Positions 1 to 14,600 of a stretch of 64,000 nt of DNA are shown piece after piece; the first letter of the stretch is position 1, and every line of letters begins with the position of its first letter. Both the position numbers and the translations under genes were made by a program. The notes beneath the pieces were generated by a model. The model did no database searches. It saw only the letters and a list, made by a program, of their open reading frames with translations, and had not been told where the DNA came from. The stretch is from the human T2T-CHM13v2.0 reference genome, Homo sapiens, in the NCBI RefSeq assembly GCF_009914755.1, contig NC_060929.1; one strand, 5' to 3'.

Positions 1-480
1 TCTTTTGTTGCCATTGCTTTTGGTGTTTTGGACATGAAGTCCTTGCCCATGCCTATGTCCTGAATGATATTGCCTAGGTTTTCTTCTAGGGTTTTTATGG
101 TTTTAGGTCTAACATGTAAGTCTTTAATCCATCTTGAATTGATTTTTGTATAAGGTGTAAGGAAGGGATCCATTTTCAGCTTTCTACATATGGCTAGCCA
201 GTTTCCCCAGCACCATTTATTAAATAGGGAGTCCTTTCCCCATTGCTTGTTTTTCTCAGGTTTGTCAAAGATCAGATAGTTGTAGATATGCGGCGTTATT
301 TCTGAGGGCTCTGTTCTGTTCCATTGATCTATATCTCTGTTTTGGTACCAGTACCATGCTGTTTTGGTTGCTGTAGCCTTGTAGTATAGTTTGAAGTCAG
401 GTAGTGTGATGCCTCCAGCTTTGTTCTTTTGGCTTAGGATTGACTTGGCGATGCAGGCTCTTTTTTGGTTCCATATGAAC
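1..480 (-). mobile_element. Inverted ORF2 segment of a young L1PA (L1PA2-like); truncated by the window edge
   Basis: Reverse complement of the L1 ORF2 3' region (tcttttgttgccattgcttttggtgttttggacatgaag...ggttccatatgaac). Confidence 0.92.
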
Positions 481-750
481 CACCGCATATTCTCATTCAT
501 AGGTGGGAATTGAACAATGAGATCACATGGACACAGGAAGGGGAACATCACACTCTCAGGACTGTTGTGGGGTGTGGGGAGGGGGGAGGGATAGCATTGG
601 GAGATATACCTAATGCTAAATGACGAGTTAGTGGGTGCAGCGCACCAGCATGGCACATGTATACATATGTAACTAACCTGCACAATCTGCATATGTACCC
701 TAAAACTTAAAGTATAATAATAAAAGAAAAAAAAATAATAAATAAATAAA
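481..750 (+). mobile_element. L1PA2-like 3' end (3' UTR with G-tract and A-rich tail)
   Basis: caccgcatattctca...gagatcacatggacac...tgacGAGttagtggg...acttaaagtataataa; GAG rather than ACA/ACG indicates it is not L1Hs Ta or pre-Ta. Confidence 0.92.
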
Positions 751-3700
751 TAGTCTTTGCCCTGGAAAAAAAAAATGTTCCAGGAAAAGGTCTTTGTTTT
801 AGTACAGAATTGCTTCATGGTTATGGGGAAAGCTTGCAGGAGATAATGTAATATGCCATTGTGGTGGGTTTTTAGCATGCTGGAAAATAGACTATGATGC
901 TGTGAGCTTTACATTTCTCTGTACCTTTTTGGCTCAACTGCAAGATTATGAACATTAAGGTTGATTGATCCTAAACTTAAATTGCAATTTAGAGCATTAC
1001 TATCTTTACTTTGAGCAGTTTTTGAAGCATAATCATTATTTTTTTGGAAATAAAGAAATGTTGATAGTAAGATTTTAGGGTTTGTAATTTTTTTTATTCA
1101 TGACATACCTTTTATATTATATTTTCTTGAACCTCACACCTTCCCAATTCTCTCAATATTAAATATGGCTTGAAAATACAAACAGTCTTAGAATACTGAC
1201 TCTTTATCATAGATAGGAACACAATCACTAGAGGCTTCCTATGCCTGCCTCAGATCTCAGCACTAAAACGATTTTAGGTGATACAGCTAAACTCACATGA
1301 TATAATACAGAGTTCCTTCCAGTGGTCTCCTTGAATAAAATAATTCTAAAATATCAACTAATTTTTATCTTTAGAAATTCTTTATGAATTTATTTTAAAA
1401 GAAACCTGCTTTTGCTCTTTGTCCTGTACATTTAAAGGAGCATTACAATCCCAATTTAACTAAGATGAGTTGGTTAAACTCAAACTATGCTCACATAATA
1501 GAGTATATTCAGTCACTATAAATGGGGACTATAGTCAGAATTACTGGTAATTCGCCCGTGAAACCTTTAAAAGATATACTTACCTGGGAATAACCGCTGG
1601 AGATTTGACCAAGATGTTGATGGGGGAGGCGAGAAGGGACTCATCTAGATTGACTCTAGGCACTTGTATTTTTACCAAGTTCCATAGGTAATAATTTAAA
1701 GTCCAGGCTAAAAATGGCTGCTTAAGAAAATTGTTTAATAACATGTAAAAATACCCATGATATGCAAACTAAGCTATTTACAGTGTATAACACGATTACA
1801 TTGGGAGGAAAAAAGAAAGTTAACAATAGTTATCCCTAATATATACAAGCAACAATTCTAGAATGCCAAAGTTCTTCAGATCCAAACTTGCAAGTCGGTG
1901 CTTTTTTATTCAATAGGTCAATTATCTATGCTCTGTAGTATTCCTCTACAGAATATTTTTTGGCTAAAAATAATTGTTCCTGCCATTTCCAATGGTAATT
2001 TAGAGCTGGTTATATATACATGAATATCTCCAAAATTGCTGGTTTCTCTACTTGGTTATGTGTGTTCTTCAGAATCTTTCTATGTCCTAAGTCTGGCAGA
2101 AGAATCAAAATTTGACGTGCAGACTTGGATATCCACTTAGAAGGGAAAAATGGAGAACTAAATGACATTCTCCCCCAGGTCACGTTCTTAGAGAATTTTG
2201 TGGCCCTGATTATAGTCTGATGTTAGCTTAAAAAGCCCATAAATCCCAAACACCCCATGCAATGAGGAGAAATTTTGCTTAGAACTCCAGGATTTAGACC
2301 TAGACATCTCTCTTTTCAACATGTCATCCACACACATGGTTTCAGGTCTTTTATTTCAGACGACACTATCCTTTGAGAAACGCTCCAACCTCTGTGCTTT
2401 CAGTGTCATCAGATTTCCTTTAATTACTGTGTGTGAGTCACTTTTTTGGAGTCTTAGTCCTTCAAAGGTATTTCATTCCCAGGACTTACTCACCTATAAA
2501 ATGTTCGCTGATCTCATACATCAGGCAATCTGAACTGTTAGCTCCCATTGAGACCGAAGTACCATTTCCACTTAAGCAACTGTCATCTTAATATTGAGTT
2601 AGAAGAGTCAGTGGCACTTTTAATCTTACCGGATATAATATTCCTTTGCATTCTCTTGAGGCTGTGTTTTGCACTGTTTGTCACCATCCCAAGGCTGTCT
2701 TTGTTTATTCTGCCTGTCAGAATCGCACACTGAAATGCAGTTGTTTCCATTATTATCCTCTAGCTCTCTTCCCCTTGGATCCTTTATTTCTTTGGTGTAT
2801 GATGGGTGAAAAAGAAAAGAGACATTTCTTTTTAAGATGTTATTCTAAAGTATTTTTCCATATTCTGTATTGTGTTGTGTTGACATCTCCTGCATAGTCT
2901 TATGTGTGTCTTGTGCCCAGCACACCTAGAATTCACTAGGGGTGGGGTCTTATTTTGCAAAGCCAGGCATAATCAGCAGGAATGGAGCAAACCCCTGAAA
3001 TGAACCTGTCAGACCAATCTTTTCCCAGCCTGCCGCTCCTCACTACTGGCAGCAGCCCTTCAGTGAAATTGTCCAAGTGCTGCTTTATTTTAAGGCATCT
3101 ACTGTTTGTTTTAGATTTACATTTTGATTTGACATTCCTTTTGCTGGAGGTAGTTTTCATTTCAACTTGCAATGAATTGTACTTTGAGCTATAATTATAT
3201 AAATATTTAGATATTATACTTTTTCTTTAGGATATGAAAAAAGATGGTTAGTTGCTTGTTTTTGCTGTGTACTTCTAATATACTTAGCATTTAAATTAGA
3301 TCTGGAGTTTCTGGAGAAATATGTGAGTCAGTGAGAATCTGTTTTTGTGAAAGGAAACTCTGAAGAATTTTCTTTTTCTACCACTTAAAGACAGTTGTTT
3401 CTCATTTTAGAAGCAAAAATTAAACACATACCTAGTTAGAGTTCAAAGTAGAGCAAATAAATAAGTGGTACTTAAAATGTATGTCAGGAAAAAATGTATG
3501 TCAGAAGGAGAAAAAATCAGAAAATAGTTAGAGAATTTATACTTTGATTAATTAAGATTTGCCCCGTTTACTTTACAAAGGACAGTTAGAAGAGTCTCTT
3601 ACATAAGCAAGGGCCCAGGCAAACTATTTTCTTTCTTTCCTAATGAAAAGCTACAGAGATTATATGTTGTTGTCTTTATGATCTATTCCCTTACCAACAG

Positions 3701-5934
3701 CTGTCTTCCTTGCCCTTACCTGAATCTTTTGCTTATTAATATTTCATTTTTAAAAATTACTAATAGCTCCTTCTTTTTCCAGAAATGTCTTTGCCTTGTT
3801 TAACAGCAGCATATACATTGCATTAGTATAAAAAAGATACTGTTGGTGTCTCCTAAACATACCCTGACAGCCCTGGGCTTTTTCCAAAACTCTGTCTTGA
3901 GCCTTCTCTATGATTCCTATTACCCTTTCTGGTACTTTCATCCATCCTCGCAGCTTCAGGGTTCAATTTTTGAATGTTTCCCAAATATGTAATTCTCTGA
4001 CCTCTTTCTAGGACAAGAGTCACAGAATTCTGACTCTCTGCTGGATACTTCCACCTGAATTTTTAGCGGGTGCTTGAAACATTGTTTTGCATCCAACCAT
4101 TTAATTCTTGGAATAAACTGCACTTGGCCATGTTGGCATATTACCAAAATTCCAAGAATGATTCAGTCATAGGAAATTTATCCACCCATAATAAGATCTT
4201 CTGAGGGGAGGAAGTCATGTAATCATCTACATAGGTTCTGAAAAAGCAGAGGGGTCAGATAACCTCTCATGCATTGGCAGAGGGAATATTTTTTTAAAAA
4301 CGTGGGAGGGGGAGGAGGATGATACAATTAGACAACAGTTATAGATGTTCATAAAGTAGTATAAACAGTTTAATAAAAATGAATATAAGATTAAAAATCG
4401 TATCACATACCAAAATAAAATCAAGGTGAATAAAAGACCAGTACTCCTACCTCAGGACTTTTTCCATTTTCTTTCTGCCCCAGGAAAGATCCCTGGTAGG
4501 ATTCTGGAAGGGAGGAAGGAAATCCTGCACTCAACCTGGCAGTGGTCTATAGATATAGAATCCTTCTTCTTTCTTCTGTTTCTCTTGCTAACAAACTTCG
4601 GCTTCATGATGATAAGGACTTTCTATGAATTGTGAACGGCTGTAACTCCCAAGTGATTCTTTCCTTCCAAAGCATCTTCTTCCATCCCTTGTGCTTACTA
4701 TATTCTTTGGTAATAGAAAACCAAGCCTCAAGTTATAGCAAGTCCATTTTCTGGCCATTCTCTCTTCATTAATATTTTAAATGATGACATGAAAACTTCA
4801 AGATTTGATTTTTAGGCTTCAAGTTCTTACTTTCATTGCAGTAAAAGAAAGGTTTGTCTCCTCTGAAAGTTATAAGCCAAGATGGCACACAGTAGGTTTG
4901 GCACATAGTGCTATGTTTTTGGTCAGACACACTGTGAGTCATGGTGCTATAGTTTGGTGTAGAACATTTTTTTGTTTTATAAGTACTCATGTCTCACATA
5001 CACATTTTAGCAATAAGTGATGTTTTCTTAATTTTATCAAACAGACCAAAATAGCTGAAAGATGCATTTTTGCACACACCTGAGATTTAAGATCATTTTG
5101 GGGCTATTTAGCATTTTATGTGCAAAGGTGACTCGTAAACAGCTACTTCATACTGGACAGCATTTTGATGAGAACGCAAAAGGATGAGCCAAACCCACAC
5201 TAGGAAAGGGAGTTCATAGATAATAATATATTTTTAATTTTTTCTCTTTTAATTATGCACTTGTTTATTTTAATGTCTTTCAACAACTATTATTAGGAGA
5301 AAACGAGAAATGTCATTCCATAACTTCTAATATCTTTTAACAAGTATACCATGCTTATTGAGGACAGTAATTTTATGTCTTTCGTATTTTTGTAAAGATA
5401 CATTTTCCACTTTTATTTTTCTTTCCTGGTAAATTGCTTCTTCATATACATCCCAGTGACTATCGTACTGTTGTTATTCTAAGATGGTCATAAATTTGTG
5501 TTACGAATTTTTGTGTTCATATTTTGACCACTCACTGTGGCTTCTTTTTCACTACAATGTTGAGCAGTGTTTTATGATACTCAGCACTGTACTGACGTCT
5601 AAAAGGAAATATACTGTGAATACATAGCCTGCAGATTTCATTTAATACCCATATAATGCCCTCACCACTTTAAAAGAGGTCTTCCATTTTAAAAATGTGT
5701 GTGTGTGTATGTGGGTGTGATATTCAGCCTTATTTTTCCTTTTTACTCTTAATCAAATTATCAAGTCATGCTTATCCTTAACAAGATAATTTATACAGAC
5801 AGGGCATTTGATCACAAGAACATCAAAACATCTTTGTTATACGGGTATTTGAACTGTTCAAAGATGTATTTTATGACTTTGGTGCACAGAAGTGTAACTT
5901 GTATTCACATACATGTATTATTTTCTCGTAACAG

Positions 5935-6022
5935 TTGACTTCAAGCCTCGAGCCAGCATGGATACTGTCCATCACATGTTACTTTTTGGATGCAATATGC
6001 CTTCATCCACTGGAAGTTACTG
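5935..6022 (+). CDS. PAM: PAM exon ~5 (88 nt): (I)DFKPRASMDTVHHMLLFGCNMPSSTGSY(W); contains the CuH ligand pair HH
   Basis: Acceptor ttttctcgtaacag|TT, donor TG|gtaagg; phase 1 to 2; the VHHMLLFGC motif is characteristic of PHM/DBH monooxygenases. Confidence 0.97.
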
Positions 6023-6246
6023 GTAAGGATAATGGGTTTACAGTATAGAAGGGTGTAGAAAATGTGTTTTACAAGTGCAAAGTGTATCTGTGCAAGTATT
6101 TTACAACTAGTTAATAAATAGGCAGAACATTTTAAGAAAAAGAACATTGTTCATTGTCATCACGTGGTTATGGTTTATCACAGTTATTTAGTCTGCTATA
6201 GAGCATATCTATCAGCCTTTGTCACTGACTTAATAAATATATGTCT

Positions 6247-6435
6247 CATGGACATAAAGATGGAAACAGTAGAAACCAGGACCCCAAAAGGGGCTGGGAG
6301 AGAAGGGAGCAAGAGTTGAAAAACTACCAGTTGGATACTATGTTAACTATTTGAGTGATGGGTTCAATAGATGCCCAAACTCCAGCATCACACAATATAC
6401 CATGTAACATGTTCCCCTGGAATCTAAAATAAAAC
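6247..6435 (+). mobile_element. Old primate L1 3' end fragment (L1PA15-17-like)
   Basis: catggacataaagatgg...gttgaaaaactacc...ggatactatgtt...cagcatcacacaatatac...aatctaaaataaaa. Confidence 0.75.
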
Positions 6436-6574
6436 AGATTCAATATATGTATATTGTTATACAGTATATGTCCAGGTGCAGAAGGTTTGTAAAGAAAGTC
6501 TGAAAATATAGATTATTGATACTCTGATATTAATTTTTTAAGGTTCATTATTCTACCCGAAGAGCATCATGGTT

Positions 6575-6810
6575 CTGTTTATTGAGCACTCTTTCTCCAG
6601 ACACTGTGACTGGTGATGTAGGCTTGCCATTTCATTTTATCCTAATGTCTCTGCAAAGCAAATATTGTTATTTCCACTTTACAGACAAGAAGCCTGAAGC
6701 TCAAAGTGATTCAGTAAGTTGTTTACGGTAGTAACAAAACTGGTGCAAGATAAAGATTGAACCCTAGCTTGTCTGATTCCAAACCCACAGTTATTTTCAT
6801 TTTACCACAC
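6575..6810 (-). mobile_element. MIR SINE
   Basis: tttattgagcact...tttacagacaagaagcctgaagctca...gaaccctagcttgtctgattccaaa resembles the MIR core. Confidence 0.65.
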
Positions 6811-8620
6811 TGCCTTCTATTTATTCAAGTAATTATTAATTCAATTAGATATTATTAGAAAGTATTTGAATCACTATGGTGAGTCTTAATATCATGCCAT
6901 AAACAATCAGTAAACCTCTATTAAATGCCTGTCATATGCCAGAGCTGTAGCAGATGCTTGGGAGGTTCTAGGAAAAATAAGATGTTTTCTACCCCCATAA
7001 GTTTACAGCATAATTATGGTTTGAGATTGTCCCTCTCATTTTGTTCTTTGGCATTCTTGAAGATCACTGAACTCTGAAAATAGCCACACTTTTTAAGCTT
7101 CTTATTTTCACGTAGACCCAGAATCACTGTCACACATTTAATAGTCCGAAATGACTGGTGTGCTTTGCTTTGCACTGAGGAATCTGTTTTGAGGTCCTGT
7201 CCTTACATAATCATGTAGACTGATGGACCTTTCTCTGTGCATCCTAACATTCATTAGCCTGATGTGAGTCAAGCAGCAACTGCTCTCTTGTCGTTTTTAT
7301 AATAAACAATATAATGTGTATTTGGAACTGTTAAAAACACAGGGCAATTAGTGGAAATCTCCATGGACCAAGTACCGTCAAAGCATTTGTTAATAGGCTT
7401 AAGTTATTTGATGAAAGGAACATATCACATAGGAACCCAACCTATGTGACTGGGTTTATGTAAAAACAGAGTCAGCAAATCACAGTAAATACCCTTCAAT
7501 ATCAACATTCCCGTTTATACTCTTCAGTAAATTTTTGTAAATAAAATTCTGGGATTAAAAGATTATTCTGTGACAGCTTTTCCTGAATCTTATTCAGTAA
7601 ATCACATCCTTTGGTTTTTATGCTTTAAAACAATTTCTTCTGAAATTACCAATATTTACCTTTGAATTGGACTCACTGAAAATAGCTAGAAGGAATGTAA
7701 GCTTTTAAAGTCTGCTTTTGCTGCACCTTGGTTTAAGGGAATGAGTGAGAAAATAACACAACACTTAAATGCTATTCCAGTTCTAATTGTTAGGAAAAAT
7801 TATCTAAAATGAGCCAAGCTCATTGTTCTCATGTTAAGGGAATAAAACAAAAACCTCATTTTGGCCCCTTTAAAATATTTATTAGTATTCTTAAATAAAC
7901 TATTCTGAAATTAAATCTATAAGATATATTGACCAAAAATCTTCCACATTGGGGAATAAGAAGTTTCAAAGAAAAATATAAATGAAAGTGAAAACAGAAA
8001 TTTTGAGTAGAGTAATTGCTAAGTATATTATTTTGCTAAAATTATTACTTGAAAGTCAACATAGTAGAAGGAAAGAGCAGTGAACTAACTTGCTGGATTC
8101 CCTGGGTAGGTTATTTAGCCCATCTGAGATGGAGTTCTTGTCTTCATTTTTGCAAAAGACTTATACTAGGCCATTTTTAAAGCCTCTCTATGCTCTAAAA
8201 TTCCATAATTCTATGAATATAAATTGCATCCAAATGCTGAGTCTGATTGGAAAAGCATTATTTCTAGGAGCTGGAAGTGTGTGTACTGCTTGACTCACCT
8301 CAAGCAAGCAGCTCACTGTGTTTTGCCAGTCAGTTGCATCATTGAGTAATTACAATTCTTAATAACACTATACCCATATCATTTTAAATGGATTTTAAAA
8401 TATTTGCCTTGTATCCCATAGCCCCACTTAATTTGTAGACTTGTTATGATTGAATTTATAATCATAAAACAAGGACAATTGGTGCTGTTATTCATCATCT
8501 TTTAACCAAGCCCAACACGTTTAAGTCTAACATTTAAAAGTAGGATCTTTTCAATATGTGAACTAGAAGACATACATTAAGTAAAACTGTTCTAATGATT
8601 CTGACTTCCACAATCAGGCC

Positions 8621-9031
<411 letters not shown>

Positions 9032-12029
9032 ACAGGCCTTATATTCTTATTTAAATATGGTATACATTATTTATCTTCCAATATTTGGCAAAATCTATAC
9101 TTTAAAGAATTAGAGCTCACAGGATATTTCACAGCCAGAACTTTCAGTTGCTTCACAGAAACATCTTTCACTCCCCACCCCCAGTGCCTCACAGGCTCAG
9201 CCCTGAAGATAGTCAGTGGATATTTTCCAGCTGTTTAACATCTTATCCTGTCATCTGAATTATAGTACTCACAACAAAAATCTATCAGTGTCAAACGTCT
9301 TGCATTATTTTTCTAAAATTTTTTGAGTCATGGAATTGATCACACTCATTTTATAGTTGCAAATCTATTCTTCAATTATTCTAAGACATAGACAGCACTT
9401 AAATGAAGACTCCTAAACTTTCACATATATTTTGGGGATGATACCTATAACAGTTTTGATGCTTAAAAATAACCAGAAGTCATTCACACTCTAGGGAAAC
9501 TTATAAGGAAATACAAAGCTGTTTTAAGGAAAGAAGAAAAAGCTATTTTAACATCAAAATGTCAAACTTGGATTTCCTCTTTTCTGTTTGTTAGCTAGGA
9601 TTTCCTCCTGTTTACACTTCAGTGTTCCATTTTCATTGCGAGCAGGTTGGCAAATAGGTGTCTTTAATATAGAAAACATGTTTCCCCTGAAATTATGAAG
9701 TTATAATTCATCTTCTATCTTCAGGAAGCATTTTTAATATTAACGCAAATAGCTATTCTGATGATGTTTCACTGTTGTGCTGCCCTCCTTTGCTCTTTGT
9801 AATTGCCTCTTTCTACTGTTCATTAAAATATATTTACAGTTATATTAAGTTTATATAAAAATAGTAGACACAGCATGAAGCAGTTTTCATTATATAGTGA
9901 TTTTAATTTTAAAGTTTTTTTCCTCTGCACACATTCTAGCCTTTTGTGACTCATTCCAAATTAGCAGCTCACATTGGCAATGTGTCTAGTTAATTATATG
10001 CATGTGCATTTAAATTGCATACGTTGATTTGAACCTTTTAATATACTGTAGGGTGGTCCCTTTATAGTTAGAGTGGGCCTAGTGCTCAATTCCAAATTAA
10101 CATACCTCTAGAGGTTGCAAATAAGGACCAGCTGATGGAAAAGAAGCAGCTCTGCTGACCCATGTAAAGAAAGTGACAGTACCTGTCAGATGTAACCCCA
10201 ATGCCTTCTTCCCAGGCGTTTGGAGGAGGAAAACAATTAACCCTATCTAGGGACCAAAAGAAAATAATAGCACCAAGATTAGAGCAAGCATATCAATGGC
10301 ATGATTTGTTGCACTCTATTTGTGCTCTATAGACTTAATTCAAAGCATGACAATTCTAAGTTCCCTAGATTTATTAGCTGAATATGAGCCTAAACTAAGC
10401 TCTAAGTGAGCAGATGCTCTTTTGAAGTTGTTAGAGTCAGTAATGAAATGAAATGAAGGTGCTTAAATTTACTATTTAAGTAAATTTTTATATTTAAATT
10501 ACCCAGTTTAATTTAAAGTAAGTAAATTTAAATTTACTTAAATAGTAAATTTTGAGGATATCTTGGAAATTTAAATATTGTATTCATCTATTCTATGAAT
10601 TACTTCATTCTGTTTTTACTCTTAATCAATTTTTTAAATGATAAGTGATTAGCTACTTAGAGTTTCAGGCTTTGAAAATCATAATATTTTGTTTATACAA
10701 ATTGTGTTGGCATTTGGGGTAATTCTGGAGTGCTCTCTTTTTTAAATATGAGATTGTAGGCTTGTGCATTTTTTATTCTGCTGAGCACAGGACATAGGGT
10801 TTAAAGCAATTTAGGATTGCAAACCCCAAGATTTTGTGTTTAAAATATTGGATGATTAAAACGAGTGGGCTTCTTATGTATCCAGTGTTATACTTTGGTG
10901 TGATCTTCTATACATAGCTAAAATTATTTTTAGTTCTTCCTATTAATATTTGATTTTAAAGCTATTTCTAATGACACTTAGGACCAACTAATCTTAACAA
11001 ACCAAAGATGGCTTCTACAGGTTGTTTGATGTTTTTTGATGAAAAAAAATCCAAGCTGGTTAAATGAGGCTATTTCCAGCTGTTCTAACTGGGAATCATT
11101 CTCAAGCTAAAGCAGTAGTGCTTTACCATCTTATGAAGCTTTAGCTTAAATCCCTTTCAACTGCTTCTATTTATTAACCACCTGCTGTGTCTTTTTAAAT
11201 GCCACTATCTCCACAGGGTTACAGCTGCTGATGAGAAGAAAAAGGAGATAAAACATTATATATATATATATGCCTGTATGAGAGATACTCTGCTTGGGTA
11301 CTTATTTAAATGACTGTTTTTTAAAGGTGATGTTGTTTTCCAAATAAGCCCACAGCTTTGTTGCCTCCCTCCCAGTGATAATGATTCTTTGGTTGAGAAC
11401 AGTATTTGCATATGCTGTCTTTATGCTCCTGTTCCACATCCTGGCCCCTGTCATCCATACACTATATACAGCAGGATTCAGTGTGTCTTCTGCAATCCTC
11501 TCTTTGTTTTTTCTGCCGTAGGAAACTTCTAAAGTTAAATATATGTAACATCCTTGTCAGTATAAATAAAAATAACAGAATCTCCCAAATCTACACTGTC
11601 TCTTGTTTTAAGCACTGTAAAATGTGTCATTGAGTGCAGTAGCAATGTTTAGACATAAATTACTGATAGGCTAAAATTAATAGCATCCATTCCCTTTTTC
11701 CACTTTAATATTGTAATAGATTCCTATCATATCGCATATTGGGATAGTATAACGGATCAATTTTTAAAACACAGTTGGTCTCTGATTCTAACTTCCAGTC
11801 ACCAATTTGGTGAGTATGTTCCTTGGCTAATAATATTAAGGTACTTGGATTAAAGGTGTTAATAGGAGTTCCTTAGAAATTGCCCAATTCTTTGTAGACT
11901 AGTGTCAACTTTAATAAAATAGAATGTTACAGTTGGAACCCTTTTGACTGTTTCAACAGAAACAAATGCATTTTTCCTCACAAGACTAGTACTTTATGTT
12001 AAATACAGTAGCAATATTATAATGCAGCG

Positions 12030-12270
12030 TTGTATTTAGCACAGATCCAGAACTGTGAAATCGGAACATCTTGGTTTCAAATCTCAGCTCTGCTACTTGG
12101 TAGTGGTAATAAACATTGGTTAAATGATGTAACCTGTATTGGTCTGTTTTCTCATCTGTAAAATTGGGCTACTAATCTTGGCAGCTTGATTGGGCCATCA
12201 TGAAGGGTAGATGAGGTAATATAAGTAATGTGTTTGGTGTAGTGTCTGGCATGTAGAAGGGATAGCTATT
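12030..12270 (+). mobile_element. MIR SINE, followed by an L2 3' fragment (~12280-12390, minus)
   Basis: ggtttcaaatctcagctctgctactt...ttctcatctgtaaaattggg; then attcatttattga...ctatgtgccaagcact. Confidence 0.65.
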
Positions 12271-14149
12271 ATTTTTATTCATTTATTGATAAAGTATATA
12301 TTAATCATTCACTATGTGCCAAGCACTTTGTTGGGCATGGAGAATTTGGTATGAATAAAACAGACACACACTCTGCTTTTATGGACTTACTGCCTGTCTA
12401 ACCTTATTGGAGCAAAGGAACAGTGGGTAGTTTCTGTGATGCTATTTATCAGGCTGATATTTCTTAATCACCATTCTAATTTGCTTTTTCATTATGTATC
12501 ATTCTAATTACTATATTAATGTCTGTCCATTGCATTGAAGTTCACATAGGATTGTCTGAATTTGGGAAAATATTCTATGGGTTTATAGAACAGGTAATAG
12601 TATTTGAATATCTGACTCATACTGAATGCATTTTGAAAGGTAAGGACCATCCCCTCATGCTATTGATTTTGTGTTGTGTTTCTTTAAAAAACTTTCTAAC
12701 TTTAGATCAGTTTTCCTGGTTGTGGTTCTGTTAGATATGTAATGCATTAAAATTGGAATTTAAGGCTATACAGACTTAACTTGAGGGCATGACAATTTTT
12801 TTTTTTTTTAGCCAAAAGAAGAAACGAGTTATCAGTTCTGATATTCCCTGAGTAACCTTGGATTTTAAATAGCCTTTAACAGATACAACCAGAGAGTACT
12901 TTAACAGTCAGTCATGCTGTATTTGGATAATTCGAAATGACAAGCTACCATTTTCAGTGCTTGGCACAGTCAGAAAATATTCATGCCATCTGAATGGTTT
13001 CCCCGTGGATTAGACGTGAAAAAGGTTCTATAGGAAAGGTCCAAGAATCCAGACTAGTTTTATTTTCAAATGTTAATTCTCATCATTTTTACTATGAATA
13101 CTAAGAAACCACAAGGGAGCTATGTGAACCCTTCCACAATTTAATCGACTTAGTCTGGAGGAGCCTTATAGGAGAAGCTGCTAGAATGATAAGAAAAAGA
13201 AACCTGGTTGATGAGGCCTGAAATTACAACAGCCATTGATCAAGAGTTACATTGCTTCCCAGCCTTAAGGCTCTCTTTACTAGTAAGAATAGTAAAAATC
13301 CCCTCTACTTCCATAGGTCCTTTTTTTTGGGAAGCCAAAATATACTATACCATCTTTCTCTTTTTGGTCATTTTACATGGAGAAAATATGATGCCATTTT
13401 CATTTAAAATGGGAAATGGAAATATTTACCACTCTGATATGTTATCAGTTATAGAACTCAGTTCTCTCGCCCTTTTGTTTTTCCTCTTAGTCCTCCCATT
13501 GAGTTTTAGGATTAGTTCCAATGCCCCAGTGTCCTCCAGTGAGTCATTCTTTACTCAGTCTTGAGTTTAATATATTTTTTATTGTAAAACAGGGTTTTAA
13601 AAATTAAACCAATGTTTGCTTGGAAGCTCTTATTTACCAGACCTGATAAGAGAATAAAATATAAAATCATTGTCTCTTTGTGAATATGTCACAAACAACT
13701 TGTTTTATCTCAAATTTGATTTTAGAATTGCATGCACAAATTGCAACTTAGTTCAAGGATGACAGTAATAATCAAAGCTTATCTCCACATAATATCATTC
13801 TCTGCCCATAAATCAGTGTCAAGAATTGAGATAGAAGGGACTGTGACAGCCAGAGCTTTAAGTCATGGTTTAGCTGTTTGACCTTTGGAAGTTACTTAAA
13901 CTCTCTGAGCTTATTCAACTTTAAATTACAACTTGCTGGCAGTGTTCTTATATGAGCTGATTTGTTCAAAAAACTAGGCAAACAATAATTCAAATTTATT
14001 GGTGTTTATATTTTAAATTTTTAATCTAATTTTTTTCAATAAAATATTATAACATGAAGTTGAGAGTGCAATACAATTTAAGCTAATTCAGCTCTTTAAG
14101 TCTCTGTACATGGAAAGTTAAAAACTCACCGAGAGGTAAGTTTCACCAA

Positions 14150-14600
14150 ACATTTGTTTCATGCCGGGACTTCAGCATGAAGATATTATCCTACATACTT
14201 GTACTCGAAGTCCTCACAGTCTGGGTGGAGAGAGAGAAGTAAGCTGACACTTAGGATGAGGAGTGCTATAGTTAAGGAATGGAAGGTGGATGGGGGTCGG
14301 AGAACACTTTCCTGAGGAGGAAGGCTTGAACTGAATCTTGAAGGAGAAAGTGAATAAAAGTTTTTCAGGCAGACAGCTGGGATGGGATATTTCAGGCAAA
14401 GAGAGCAATGGAAATAAGGAAGATTGGAAACTGGAAGCAACTTGGCAGGATTAAAAAAGGGGGTGTTGTCTGGAGACAATGTCTAGATCATGAAAGGTCT
14501 TACGTGTTATGCTACAAGGTTTGGATTTTATTTTGATTTTATTTTTGGGAAGCATTTGAACGATTTTGAGCCAACAAATGACATAATCAAATGTATAACT
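14150..14600 (-). mobile_element. L2 fragment
   Basis: Purine-rich L2-like text: ctgaggaggaaggcttgaactgaatcttgaagga...tttggattttatt...gggaagcatttgaacgattttgagc. Confidence 0.55.

Noticed and set aside
13208-13564. 118-aa hydrophobic ORF
   Set aside because: T-rich intronic composition, no recognisable domain and no convincing splice boundaries.
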